64,000 bases of DNA from Chrysomallon squamiferum (Eukaryota; Animalia; Mollusca), in the NCBI GenBank assembly GCA_012295275.1, contig CM022678.1, positions 14,942,001-15,006,000 on the forward strand. The letters are read 5' to 3'. The notes under the pieces are model-generated. The model worked only from the letters and a program-made list of their open reading frames with translations. It searched no databases and was not told the DNA's origin. The position numbers and the translations under genes are program-made. Positions 1 through 15,069 of this stretch are shown piece after piece; within the stretch, counting starts at the first letter, position 1; each line of letters starts with the position of its first letter.

Positions 1-211
1 TACACTCCTCACACACCACACACTCTACACACACCACACACTACACACACACACACCATACACACACTACACACACCACACTCACACACACACACACACT
101 ATACACACATACACACACACACACACTACACACACACACACACACTCACACACACACCACACACACACCACACACCACACACACACACACACACACCATA
201 CACACACACCA

Positions 212-252
<41 letters not shown>

Positions 253-271
253 ACACACACACCACACACAC

Positions 272-311
<40 letters not shown>

Positions 312-541
312 CACACACACATACACTTCACACACACACACACACTCACACACCATACACTCACACACCACACACACTACACACACACACACACACTCAC
401 ACACACACACACACACTCACACACACCACACACACACACACCACACACTCTACACACACACACACTCTACACACACCACACACACTGTCACACACCATAC
501 ACACACACACACACACACACTCTACACACACACCATACACA

Positions 542-581
<40 letters not shown>

Positions 582-679
582 ACACACCATACACTACACA
601 CACACACACACACTCACACACACCACACACACACACACCACACACACACACACACCATACACTCTACACACACACACCA

Positions 680-736
<57 letters not shown>

Positions 737-763
737 ACACACACACTCTACACACACACACTG

Positions 764-798
<35 letters not shown>

Positions 799-838
799 AC
801 ACACACCATACACTCTACACACACACACACACTCCACA

Positions 839-879
<41 letters not shown>

Positions 880-934
880 CCACACACACCAAACACTACA
901 CACACCACACACACTCCACACACACCACACACTA

Positions 935-978
<44 letters not shown>

Positions 979-1084
979 ACATACACTCCACACACACACC
1001 ATACACTCTACACACACACACACACACACACATACACACACACCACACACACACACACCACACACACTACACACACCACACACT

Positions 1085-1134
<50 letters not shown>

Positions 1135-1192
1135 ATACACTACACACACCACACTCTCACACACACCACACACTCTACACACACCATACACT

Positions 1193-1225
<33 letters not shown>

Positions 1226-1421
1226 CACACATTACACACTACACATTCTACACACACACACCACACACTCACACACACACACACCACAGTCCTCACACAC
1301 ACCACACTCTCTACACACACTATACACTCACACACACCATACACTCTCACAGACAATATACTACACCACACACACACACACACACACTACACACACACTA
1401 TACACCACACACACACACACA

Positions 1422-1454
<33 letters not shown>

Positions 1455-1809
1455 TACACACACCACACATTCACACACACACACACACACTCACACACAC
1501 ACACCACACACACACACACACACATGTATGTCACACACCACACACTCTACACACACACACACACACTCCACACACACCACACAGAGTGTACACACACCAC
1601 ACACAGGTCACACACACCACACACACTGGTACACACAGTGTACACCACACACACACACACACACACAGAACACACACCACAAACACACACACACCACACA
1701 CACACACATACACACCACACACTCCACACACACACATACACACCTCCCACAACACACACTACTCCACACACACAACACATTCCTCCCACACACACACACA
1801 CACACACAC

Positions 1810-1849
<40 letters not shown>

Positions 1850-1878
1850 TCACACACCACACACACCACACACCTCAC

Positions 1879-1912
<34 letters not shown>

Positions 1913-2612
1913 GTCACACACACCACACACACCATACACTCCTCACACACCACACTTGTCACACACACACCATACACACCACACACACCACACTCCTCAC
2001 ACACACCACACACTCGTCACACACCTCACACACCTCACACACTCACACACACACACTACACACTCCACACACCACTCACACACACACCACACACACCATA
2101 CACTCCTCACACACCACACTTGTCACACACAATACACTCCACACACACCTCACGCACAACATACACTCCACACACAACATACACTCCACACACACACTAT
2201 ACACTCCACACACCACACACTTGTCACACACAATACACTCCACACACATAACACGCACACCATACACTCCTCCCAGAACATACACAAGACGCACCACACA
2301 CACACTCCTCCCAGAACATACATTCATCACACACTCACACACTCTCACTCATACAACCACTCTTGCACTGTCTCAGTCACACACACACTCACACACACAG
2401 TCACACAGACAGTCACACACACACTGTCTCACAGACTGTCACACACACACAGTCTCACACACACACACTCTCACACACACACTGTCACACACCAACTCTC
2501 GCACTGACACGCACACTGTGTCACACACACTCACACACACATACTGTCACACACACACTGTCTCACACACACACACACACACACATTCTCACACACACAG
2601 TCACACACACAC
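1..2612. repeat. Long degenerate (CA)n/(TG)n microsatellite tract
   Basis: Continuous CA dinucleotide runs interrupted by CACC, CTA, CTCTA and TGTCA variants. All ORFs here are His/Thr or Cys/Val low-complexity artefacts. Confidence 0.97.
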
Positions 2613-3094
2613 ACTTTCATATTTACACATTTTGCTTTTTCATTCAGTCACAGAATTATCAAATGTTTGCAATTAAATATAAAGATGATTATGTAAATCT
2701 TGTTAGAATAAATAAAGCAATTCTAATATTTGAAACATAAATAGAACATCACTTTGTTCATTTTATATTTTTACATGATTATTATTTATTTATTCATTCA
2801 TTTATTTTATGATATTTCTTATTTTGGATGAAAGGTATTTATATTAAGTAAACCAAATAATTTTCATGTTGTTCAAATATCTTTGAAATTTTCTTAAGAT
2901 ATATTATTCTAAAGGTGATTTTTTTCTGTGCCTATAAAAAAAAAATAGAACTGTTATTTCATCAAATTCATACAATAATAATAATAATTTTCTATTTGTA
3001 TAGAACTGAATTGATTATTATATAAATGTTTATATTCTAATGTAAGGCATCAAGAAATTAATTATGTAAAATATAAGAAATAATTAAAAATATT

Positions 3095-3133
<39 letters not shown>

Positions 3134-3924
3134 TTCAAGTTCTACAAGACAGTTTTTTCGTTAGTGATTTCAGTTTGAAACAATGATCAGATACTTGCTG
3201 ACAGAGTTCAATGAATGATTCACAAAAACTAAATGTGTGTTGATTTGTTTGTTTTCTTTGATCTATTTACTTCTTAAAATAGATATCCACTTCAAGAAAA
3301 AGGAAATTTGGCAAAGCAGGAACTAAAAGAAATTAACTTTATTAACAGATAAACAGCAGACCTGTTAATATTTTCCACTGCCAGGATTAATTAGACCACT
3401 GATAACGGGCAAGTCTGTAAAAGATACTGGAGCAGCTAATCTCTAACACGTCTGCCACAAAACAAGAATAAAAGTCTTTTAAAGATTACAGCAGTAATAT
3501 CAGTAACAAGTCTGCATAATTCAGCAAGATTATAGTCATAACACTTTTAAAATTTTAATAATTTAATTTAATAATGTCCCTGCTTGTCATTTCTCCTTTC
3601 CATCAGTTGGAATTAAGAGTGTTGCTTTTGAGATTATGATAGAAAGAGTTAATACAGATTAAATAAATTGTAACTGTAATATTGTATCTGCTTTAATAGT
3701 TTCTTGTATTAAGAAATACAGCTGTAGTTTTTAAGCAATGATTCAAACTCAGTCTGGTTTGAATTTTTGGATCAGTTGCTTAATAGCTGGCGCACCTTAT
3801 TCTTCATTTGTCTGACAATATTTAAAAATAAAACTGCATTAGTTACAGCAGTTATTTATATTAAAGACAGCTATCAGTAAGTTATTTATTTTCTATTTTT
3901 ACTGTCTTGAATGAACTCTATTGG

Positions 3925-3971
<47 letters not shown>

Positions 3972-4974
3972 ACATATGTTAAAAGATCTAGTTTTGTTTA
4001 TATACTTATCTTATCAATTTATTTGCCTTTATTCTTCTCTCTTGTGATGACTTCTGCTTATTTATGGAATGAATTCGGTGATTGGAGGAGAGTCTGTGTT
4101 TTCTTCGTAATATAGCCGCACACTGCTGATTTATAAAATAATTTTCTTTCTTCAGTTCATGGTGAAAAGATATTGATAAAGGTAATGTTTATATTTGGAT
4201 TTTCGTTATTAATATTACATGATTACAAGTTAAAACATATTCCGATATCGGTATACTGCAAAATTAGTTACTTTATATAATATAAAACACTGAAAACTTA
4301 CGTTGAATATAATATATAGCGAATACATTCTGCGCTTTATATGTTAATAAAATATACATTCAAAGCGTTTCAGTCCTAATGAACATATTCGTGATTAAAA
4401 TCAGTTTGTTCATGACTGCTGTTTTTTCGTTTAATTACTTCGGATGTTTATAAAAATTAATCAAGCGATATTGATTAGAGCTATCTTATTGACAAAAACA
4501 AACCATAGAAGTTGGAAGTTAAATGAATTACAAAGGAATATTTCATAACAATATAATATACTAGAGATCTACTTACAACATGTAATACTTCTTTATTGGC
4601 ATCTCCCAGTGATGGTCACATGATACTCGAGAAAATTGCTTGAAGCTTGCTTGAGAAGATGTTAGTTTCACTCAACGTATTATAAAACCTGTAATTTAGT
4701 TTCCAATGTACTCTAAAACATGATGATAACAATATCACTCTTAACCACATGGAATTCTGCAATTGATGTATTTATTTAGTTTAATGACATCAATAAGCAA
4801 ATAATCCTATAGCTATACTAAACACAATAAAATAACATGTTATCGAAATAAAAAATGAAGGAAGGGGAAGTAATCAAATTGAACAAACGCAAACTGTGGG
4901 TATTGGTTTATTTTTATTCCAATGATGTTATTTTAATTTTTGGTTAAAAAATAATAAAAAATAATAATAATAAA

Positions 4975-5009
<35 letters not shown>

Positions 5010-5023
5010 TAAATAAATAAAAA

Positions 5024-5066
<43 letters not shown>

Positions 5067-8000
5067 GAATAAAATAAATAAATAAATAAACAAATAATTG
5101 AAAAATTCTTTTGAAAATGTAAAAAATTATTATAGGTATATTTTAAATAGGTTAGAAAACAAACCAGTTAATCCATCATTCTTAATAATTCATAAAGGTT
5201 TTATTTGTTTGTTTGTTTATTCCAAGGCACTGATTGTACCTTTTGACATGAAATTAAATTATATGATAAATAAATTTTAAAAAACCTGAAAGATAAACTG
5301 CATTTCATCAAAAATACATGTATGTTAGTTCCTGAAGTAGACATGTGATTTTATTTTTCTGTTTTACTGACAGTAAGATTAACATTGATTACAGTTTTGT
5401 GTTTGTAACGGAGGTCAGTGATATAAATTACCAGCAGTTAGATAAAGTGTGAAGTATTGTGGAGCCTTTATTTCTGTAGATTATACATGTTAAACTGTTC
5501 ATCAATTTATTTTAATTTTTATATTTATTGTTTATTTTTTTATTTATCTTTTATTTATTTTGTATTTTTAATTTGATTTTTTACTGCTATATAAGATATT
5601 AATTATTATATTCATATTATGTAACAGCCAAGCTAAAGAATAATAAATAGAAACATTTGGGCTAGAATTTTAACTCTGGATCACAATAAACCAACAACCA
5701 TGTTAATCTTTTGTTAATATTACACAGTGTTAACTAAAAGCCTGTTACCATGCCTACATTTTTTTTACATTATCATCAGGTGATTATAATGTTTAGATTA
5801 ACACTCTCAGTATGCTTCCAATTTATCTATTGACTTTCTGATGGCCTCCAAACAAAGACTTAATTCTTTGTAACAACCAAAACTAATTTTTCCCACTTAT
5901 AAACCACCCTTGTGCTACTTCTACTGGAAAATGCACTGGAAATAAAGGCTTAACAAAGCACAGTATCATATCAAAGTTTAATATTACAATTACCACATTA
6001 TTATCACATTTAAAAATATAATAGCATCACTCAGTCACTTGGTTTTGGTTACTATGTTTCCAGTGGACGTTGTGACCAGAAATTATGAATTGTTTTTGTC
6101 AGCAGGACTTAAATGATTATGTTATCATCAAACAAGGGAATTAAGTATGTGTGTGTGTGTGTGTGTGTTTTATGTTATATATGTATGTATGTATGTGAGG
6201 GCATATGTGTACACACACACACACACACATACTGGGGTTAGTTTTGGTTTACATTTGTTTTGACTGACTGTTTATTTAACAATTGCAGTTATTTCTGACT
6301 TTAATAATTATCTCAAATATTATTCCAGCACTGATTTTTTTATGTGCTTTTTAGTGCAATTATGAATTGATTTTGTAAGCAGGATTTCACTTCTATCAGT
6401 AACTAAATGTCAACAAGCAAATAAAAAAATATTTTTTCCAAATCTGCATAGTTCCATTTCTTCCAGGTAGCTTTATTCTGGAGCCATTTTTTCTACACCC
6501 AATGAAGATTTTGGGGGTAATTCGTCATACTCTGAATCAGGACAGGTACTTTATTGCTGCAAGACAGGTAGGAGAAATGTGCAATAAAATCAGTTAACAG
6601 ATATAAATGAAATAAGGATGTGATTATTATAAGCCAAATAGCAATAGCCAGATTTCCATTTCCCATTATAAGTAACCATGATTCCTCCTGGGTGCCTCCT
6701 AATAGGTCACAGTTAGCAGAATAAGCTAAAACATTTTTGTCTCCTTAGATGGTTCTTCTGCCAATAGTCATAATTCACATTAAGGAAAAAATATCTTCAG
6801 TAAATTGGCAGATGTCAATAATCAGAATTGCAAACCCTTGCACACTGCCCTTTGAAATAAACATTAAGAACCAAAGATGTTTCTTGAATAAAATTTCTTT
6901 GGTATAGTTGTCTTACCATACAGCAAACAAAACCCGAGAACTTGGTAAAATAGAATTGGACCTGAAATTAACTGTTTCCATTTGATAAAACAAATATTTA
7001 AAGATATTTGCCATAATATTTTCTTTCCATATAATTTAATTATTATTATTATTATTTTTTGTTTGTTTTGGGTTGTTTTTTTGTTATTATATTCCAAAGT
7101 TAAATCCAATTCCAAAATAAAAAAAAATATATTCATTTCAAACTCATCTTGAATGAACAGTGATTAAGGTATCAACACTGTATTCACAAATATATGTAAA
7201 ACAGTAAATCATGAAGTAATCCTTGTCATTGAAATTTAAATTCTTCACAAGAAATTTGTAGTCATTCACTGTAATCAAATTCTCTTTTTCACAATGTATG
7301 GTTCTCTTAACAGCATTGTTAATAAACATACAAAATACATACATGCAAAAATTACACAAATAACAAATTCATTTAAATCCTTTATTCATGTATTTAATTG
7401 TTTTACAGAATGTTTTATGTGTATCATGATGATAAACACTCCAGTTATATAAATTGTATTGTTGGTAAAATACACTGGGTTTCAAAAATAATATTAATTA
7501 TGAAATATTAAATACATTTTAAAATATTCACTAAAGACGATAAGAAAACACAATATTTTATGCATACAGACAGTGATTATAAACAACAGCAATATAAATA
7601 TGCTGACAGCCACAGCAAATGCAGGACTCATTTATTTGAAGAAACCCCCAAAACTGCAAGGTCAGTTAAAAAAAAAAAAAAAATTAAAATTAAACTGACA
7701 AACAGATTTAGATATACAGTACTGATTAACAGTAACACTATAAACCTATATATTTAATCAACTTTGGATTAAAGATTTAAAAAAAAAACACCATAAATTT
7801 AGCCTTTAACAAAGGGTAACAATAAAATGTACCATAACATAATAATAATAATAAAATAACAAAAAAGGGTAACAATAAAATAATAGTATAAATAATGGTT
7901 ATATTTTTTAAAAAGCGTATAAAAATATCTTAATAAGGAAATAATATTGACAAAATATTACTGAATATATTTTATAAATGTCAGCCAATATATCGAAGTA

Positions 8001-10336
8001 TTTTAAATAATAATAATAATAATAATTATTGTCATCTGTACATTTTCTGACCACTGTCAGTGACACTGAAATGGGACCATGCTTGACAGTCGTACCTTCT
8101 GACCAATGCTTGACAGTGTGACTGTGACAGTAAAGTCCTGACCTGTGGGTGTCATAGTCATAGTGACTGTGACAGGAAAGTGCTTCATATCACCCTTTCT
8201 GACCTTCGCCTGAGAGTGTGACTGACATTAAAGTACTGACTTATGTTTGTCATAGTCACACTTTATATCCAATGCAAAATAGTGCAACTGTGATAGTAAA
8301 AAGATGGAATGGGTTTGTCATAGTCACTTTCCAACCTTCACCAGACAAAAGTAAAGATTTGGACTAAAGATGCCAAATACTGTGACTGTGACAGTGAAGG
8401 GAACATGCCTCTTATGGTAACACTTTCTGATCACTGTTAATGTCACTGACAGTACTGTTTAACATAAAATAAAGATGACATGCTTGTTAATTTGGCAGGC
8501 CACAAAGGAATACAGAGCCATGAGTGCATACAACAACAGATGTTGTTAATGGCATTAGTTTAAATAGTTCAGTTTGGCCTGATTTATTCATTAGGACATG
8601 ACATTTCATTAAAATAATTACAAGAGTTTTGCCAGTAAAGCAAGAATATTATGGCTGATCATGTCAAAAGATTTAAGTATATTTAGCAAACATTTAAAAA
8701 AAGTAAAAAACAAATTTAAATCAATAATTGAAAAATAAAGAAATAAAAAAAATAAAAAATAAACAAACAAATAGATAGATAAATAAAAATGCCTGGACAA
8801 GGTTTCTGTTACATACACTAATCAAATACATCCCAGAGTGAAAATGCATATGTATTAAAGTATTTCCCCACACGGAATAATATATTGTATATAGATCGGG
8901 TGAAAATAAAAACCACACACACACACCCTTAAAATTTAAGGAATAAATGGAATTTCCTAATGGAATAATAAAATAATAATAATAATAAACAGGAATTTTA
9001 AAAGAAGAGGATTTTTTTTTTTTTTTTGAATTTTTTTTTTTCTTATTATTTAAGATTTTATTTTATTTTATTTACTTATTTATATATTTTTCTTATAGTT
9101 ATTACCATTTATTATTATTTTATGTATGTATAAGTAAGATTTTATAGAATAAAACTTAGAATAAAACTCAAAAAAAAAAAGAAAAGAAAAAAGATGTGGC
9201 TGTTATTGCAAGGAATCCTATCTGCACCTTTCTACAAAAGTATGCGAGTTTGTATAAGTGTTTTTATGTATGCATGTGTATTGTTAACTGATATACTTTG
9301 ATGACTGTCAGAATATTTAATTTTTATTTTTTCTAGATAAACAATTAAAAATTAAACATTTTTTCGTATGAATAACACTTTTCAAGCAGGTGTTTTACTG
9401 ACCTGTAACCTAACAAAACTTGGCATCTTGGTTTAAGAAGACAAAATATTGCACTATGAAACAAATAAGTTTCTATGGAAGTTATATATATGAAATAACC
9501 AATTCATTTTCAGTCTGTTAAACAGCACAGAGAAGATAATATGAATTCAGAAAAAAAGAAGAAAAGAATAAACAAAGGGTATACAAATATGAAAACAAAT
9601 TCGACAGAAATTAGTTATTGTTCAGGTCTGGGCAAACAGGATGGGGCAGTTATTCTGAATTCCCAGGAAAGCAAGCTAAACAGATGAAGATTTCTATGAA
9701 ATTTACAAGGAAGAATAACTGTGACTGACAGAATTGAGAAATACTTTCATTAAACTTCAGCAAAAAGCACAGAGAAGATATTCTGAATTTCCAGGACAGT
9801 AAGATATAACAGAATAATGTTTCTATGGAATTTACAAAGTTGTATAAATACACATGAAAAACTTATGACCTTTTAGAGATGAAAAATACTTTCATTGACA
9901 TTCAGTTCTGGCAAACAGCACCGACACTTTTCAGAAATGCATCTGTAGCAAAGTCTCTTTCCCCACCCCAGAATGATATTCTGTACATAGATAGGGTGAA
10001 GAAAAAAAAAAAAAAATAAAATAATAAAATAAAATAAATAAAAAATAATAACAAAACCCCTACAAAAAATAACACACACAAAAAAAACCCACACCTAAAA
10101 TGTAAGGAATAAATGGAATTTTCTAATGGAATAATAATAATAAACAAGAATTAGAAGAATGTTTCTGTAAAAGATAAATTCTCTTATATTATTAAGAAAT
10201 AACTGTAGCAAGAAGTCATATTTAACCTGCATTCTGAGCAAACTCAATTCCATGATCAGCAACTTATAAGACTATTCTATTAAATTTAAAATGAGAATAT
10301 TCAGAAATATCTAAGAACTATAATGACAGAAAATAA

Positions 10337-10372
<36 letters not shown>

Positions 10373-10593
10373 GCCAGCAACATACAATGAGAAGATCTCT
10401 ATATAGTCAGAATCTGTGTTGGTTGGCAATACTTATTTAAAATTTTTGTTAGAGTTCTTGTTTTTTTTTGTTTGTTGATATTAACTATTTTTCTGGGCAT
10501 TTGGGAAGCTAAACTAAAATACCAGATAGTAATTTAAATTTTAATATATATAGATGAAAAAAAAAAAAAAAAAAAAAAAAAATAATAAAGTTA

Positions 10594-10636
<43 letters not shown>

Positions 10637-12539
10637 AGATAATATGAAGCATACATTCAGACATTATACATAAAACAATCAAATAAAAGAATATATGAAC
10701 ACTGTTACTAATTTCAGTCTGTAATGTTATAACCTGAGTTTTAGTTTTCAATGCATTAAACTGATGCTGGAGAGAAAAGTACCTGTTGCTCCATGAGCTA
10801 TTCTCAGTAATGATCATCAACCCAATACACATGATAAGACATCAGTTATGGCTGCCTGTGATGGTTGAATTAAGCCTCTTAGTATACAGAGGAGTGGCAA
10901 TGTTGTGATTTATTAATTTTAAAATTAAAGAAAATTACAGCAGAAATAATAAAGTATGTCTTGAATAATCTGATTTAATCAGTTTTCTGGCAACACAACT
11001 GAGGTGCTGTTATTGAATTCCCAGGAAACAGAATTAAAATAGTCAAACAAGAAAATCAATGAAAAGTAAAGCTACCATTTGAAAAAAATAAAAAAATAAA
11101 AAATATAGAAATGAAGGAAATCCAGTGAAAATACTTTATAAAACTGATGTTACAAAGCAGGAAATAAGATAATCTACTGGCCTGATTGGCCACAGTTCTC
11201 ACTGAACGTATTGTTACTTGACTGGAATAGCTCATGGAGTTGTTTTTTATTTTATTTGTCAGTAACACATCCTTAAAGTATTGTTTCAATCAATTTTTTA
11301 AATCTTGATAAGATAAGTCTAAATTATACATACGTTTCTAATTAAAATTATAGTCACCACTGTATTTATATTAATGAATATTTAAAGAAAATAACAAAGA
11401 TTATGGTGGGTGCTGTTTTGTTCTTAGTAAAGTGATTACATTAGCAGATGATATACATTCTTATTAAAATATGTTTTCATATTTACTGAAAACTTGTTAA
11501 ATAATAACATTTATAGCTTTACTGTCGTTTTGTACAATGCATGTATGGGTTTGTTATTACATGTTATGGTGTGAGTGAGTGTGTGTGTGTTTCTTTTTTT
11601 CAGTTCTTTTATCTTTTTAATTAATTTCTCATAACAATATTATAAGTGTTGAAATTTGTTGATTGTGACTTTATACATATATATTAACATTTTGTACTGA
11701 ACAACTGTGGTTTTTACTTGTTATGGCATATTTCAATTTTTTATTTTATTTTATTATTATTATTTTTTTTTTCTAAAATGAAACCGTTTACAAAATACAT
11801 TTTTAAAACTGAGCAAAATTGTGAAATAAATAATTATATAACAAATAAAAATTATCATATAAAATATAAAATATAAAAACATTTTATATATATATAAAAG
11901 CAGGAATACTGTTCTAAACCTATTAAAATAATATTAATAAAATTTAAATACACCTCTCATTTTATTCACACAAACAGAGACACATGAAGTATGTAACTCT
12001 GATCTCTAATTAAGAATTTGGCAAATATTTTTCAAGTAATAATTCATATATATAAAAATATCATTACTGTTTTAAAGGTTATTTATCATTTGAAAAAACT
12101 ATGTAGAATATACCTTTCTATATATATTCAATATAACCTTTCTACAGTTGGAATTAGGATATTTAATCCTGAGTTAAAGAAACAAATGATGACAAGATTC
12201 AAGTTAAAATGTAATGTGTATACTCACTGTTTTACCAGGAAAAAATTTCTAATATAACTTTTCGTTTCCAAATGGTCAAATACATTTTTTGTTTCTCCCT
12301 GTAATATATTAAAGCTTATAAAAATAAAATGAACAATTTAAACCATAAACAATATTATTGACTGCACCAATCTCTTTTCCAGTTTAATCACTGTAACAAA
12401 CAGAGATAGTGTCTTATAACTTTTTTCTTTTTTATTCTTTCTGTCTGTTAAGTGTATGTGTTGTTTGTTTGCATATACTTATGTCAGTATGTGTGAGTGT
12501 GTGTGTGTGTGTGAGTTTATGTTTGTTTCTGTGTGTTCC

Positions 12540-13850
12540 ATGTTTATCACTGAAATTCAACAGTGCAACTTGGTGACAATCCCAGCATATGTTGACATCC
12601 ATGATGAGATATTCCCCATGTGTAACATTCCCAGTCCAAGAACCCTGGCCAGGAGTCACCCACCAGGTGGACAGACACCCCCCATCAGCAGCATCACCAC
12701 CCAGAAAATCCCTGTCACCGAAGGAGTGACCTCACAAGCCACCACCAGCCCTGAGGATGTGCACCCCACCCATGGAACCCCGACATGAGCACATTCATCC
12801 TGCAACTGTTACCAGAAATCACGGTGCATCCATTGTACAGAAATGTCATGTTTACAGAAATCTGAATCACACATGTAAACTCTGGCTCTTACTTGTTAGT
12901 AGTATGTGCTCAATAGAGATGTGCTGATTATTAGCAGTATTAGTAAATTATGTTAAATAAATATCAGTGTCTTGAAAGAACTAGTGATTATTGTCCTATA
13001 GCAAAATTAAAAAAAAAAAGAATGATTTTAAAGATTTTAGAAAATAAGGAAATGTATGTTATTATGCAAGTTTAATAAAAACTTTTAAATCTCTGACAGT
13101 CTGTCTGCCCTACAGGAAAAATGACTTCATTCCAGTAGGGGCTGGTCACTCTTTAATCCTGCCCAGACTATCAAACATACAAAATGTTTAACTAAATAAT
13201 AATAATAATAATAATTCTATTAATTCTAATTGTTTCTTTTGAACATCAGAAATTTTATATTAATTTATTAAACGTTCATACAGAAAAAAGCCATGCTCAT
13301 ATACAAATATTGGCATAGGTATTAGTAACACACACACTCTGACACACACACACACACTGCTACATATCAGTACATAAACACTATCACATTTTATATACAC
13401 ACCAAGTGCAGAAATATTTGTCAACACATTCCCTGATACATTAATATCACACACACACACACACACACTGACATACGTATTAGTAACCATACACAAATAA
13501 CAACCAGATTGCCATGTTGCCATGTTGTCTGTAACCATGACATATATCTACAAAGGGTGCATCAATGAGATCAGGGAACACAGCAGTCCTGCATCAAAGT
13601 TCCAGGAGCAGAAGTTGCCAGCCACAGGACTGTATGATGACTTGTGGGGTGGGTCCTTCAGTGACAAGGACGTCTGGGTGATGATACTGGTGATGTGACA
13701 TCTGCTCACCTGATGGGACCTACCCACCCAGTGTTCTTGACCTGGGAATGTTGGTTGATGTATTACATGGAGAATACCTGATCATGTATGCTCAAAGATG
13801 ACTGAGAAAATGTCATTAAATTACATTGCTGAGTTCCAGGGACAAACAGC
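12540..13850. repeat. Two diverged copies of a ~320-bp GC-richer element in inverted orientation (12540-12860 + and 13525-13850 -)
   Basis: The reverse complement of 13525-13850 aligns by eye to 12540-12860, for example aacattcccag(t/g)..aagaac, tgtcac(c/t)gaagga and atgtcatg(t/g)ttacaga. Identity is moderate and the family is unknown. Confidence 0.7.
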
Positions 13851-13989
13851 TGGAGTGATGTGGTGTATGAAATGAATGAGCGGTAGAAAAGAAAAAACAA
13901 ACAAAGAAAAAGGAAAAGTAATAAGAAGAAAAAAAGGAAATAGCTATACCCCACTATGTCATTAACTGGTTCTAGTGTTTTACAACTAC

Positions 13990-15065
13990 AATAACATCAG
14001 ACATGTGGCCAATGTCTAACAACAATTAAAAATATAATCACACCAGTGTAACAACAGGTGACATGTGGCCAATGTCTAACAACAGTTAAAAATATAATCG
14101 CCACTTTTTCACCACAACAAGGAGTGACATCTGGCCAAAGTCTAACAAGTTAAAAATATAAACACCACTGATTAACCATCATAACAATGGGTGACACATG
14201 GACAGTGTCTAACAACAATTAACAATACAGTCACCTCTGTCATATTAACAACAGGTGACATGTGGCCAATGTCTGACAACAATTAAAAATATAATCACAC
14301 CAGTGTAACAACAGGTGACATGTGGCCAATGTCTAACAACAGTTAAAAATATAATCACACCAGTGTAACAACAGGTGACATGTGGCCAATGTCTAACAAC
14401 AATTAAAAATATAATCACACCAGTGTAACAACAGGTGACATGTGGCCAATGTCTAACAACAGTTAAAAATATAATCACACCAGTGTAACAACAGGTGACA
14501 TGTGGCCAATGTCTAACAACAATTAAAAATATAATCACACCAGTGTAACAACAGGTGACATGTGGCCAATGTCTAACAACAGTTAAAAATATAATCACAC
14601 CAGTGTAACAACAGGTGACATGTGGCCAATGTCTAACAACAATTAAAAATATAATCAACCAGTGTAACAACATGGACATGTGGCCAATGTCTAACAACAA
14701 TTAAAAATATAATCACACCAGTGTAACAACAGGTGACATGTGGCCAATGTCTAACATCAATTAAAAATATAATCACACCAGTGTAACAACAGGTGACATG
14801 TGGCCAATGTCCAACAACAATTAAAAATATAATCACACCAGTGTAACAACAGGTGACATGTGGCCAATGTCTGACAACAATTAAAAATATAATCTCCACT
14901 TTTTCACCACCATAACAAGGGGTGACATCTGGCCAAAGTCTAACAACAGTTAAAAATATAAACACCACTGATTAACCATCATAACAATGGGTGACACATG
15001 GACAGTGTCTAACAACAATTAACAATACAGTCACCTCTGTCATATTAACAACAGGTGACTTGTGG
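13990..15065. repeat. 60-bp minisatellite array (aacaacaggtgacatgtggccaatgtctaacaacarttaaaaatataatcacaccagtgt)
   Basis: The 60-nt lines 14281-14640 are near-identical, with A/G alternating at one site. The block ~14090-14260 is repeated at ~14880-15060. Confidence 0.97.
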
Positions 15066-15069
15066 CAAA

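Noticed and set aside
1-2740. Long His/Thr-rich and Cys/Val-rich ORFs (up to 382 aa)
   Set aside because: These are translations of a (CA)n microsatellite that is open in most frames on both strands, with no coding signal.
8040-8460. Repeated gtgactgtgacag / gtcatagtcac motifs in both orientations
   Set aside because: Probably a degenerate repeat. I could not define termini, a TSD or a period.
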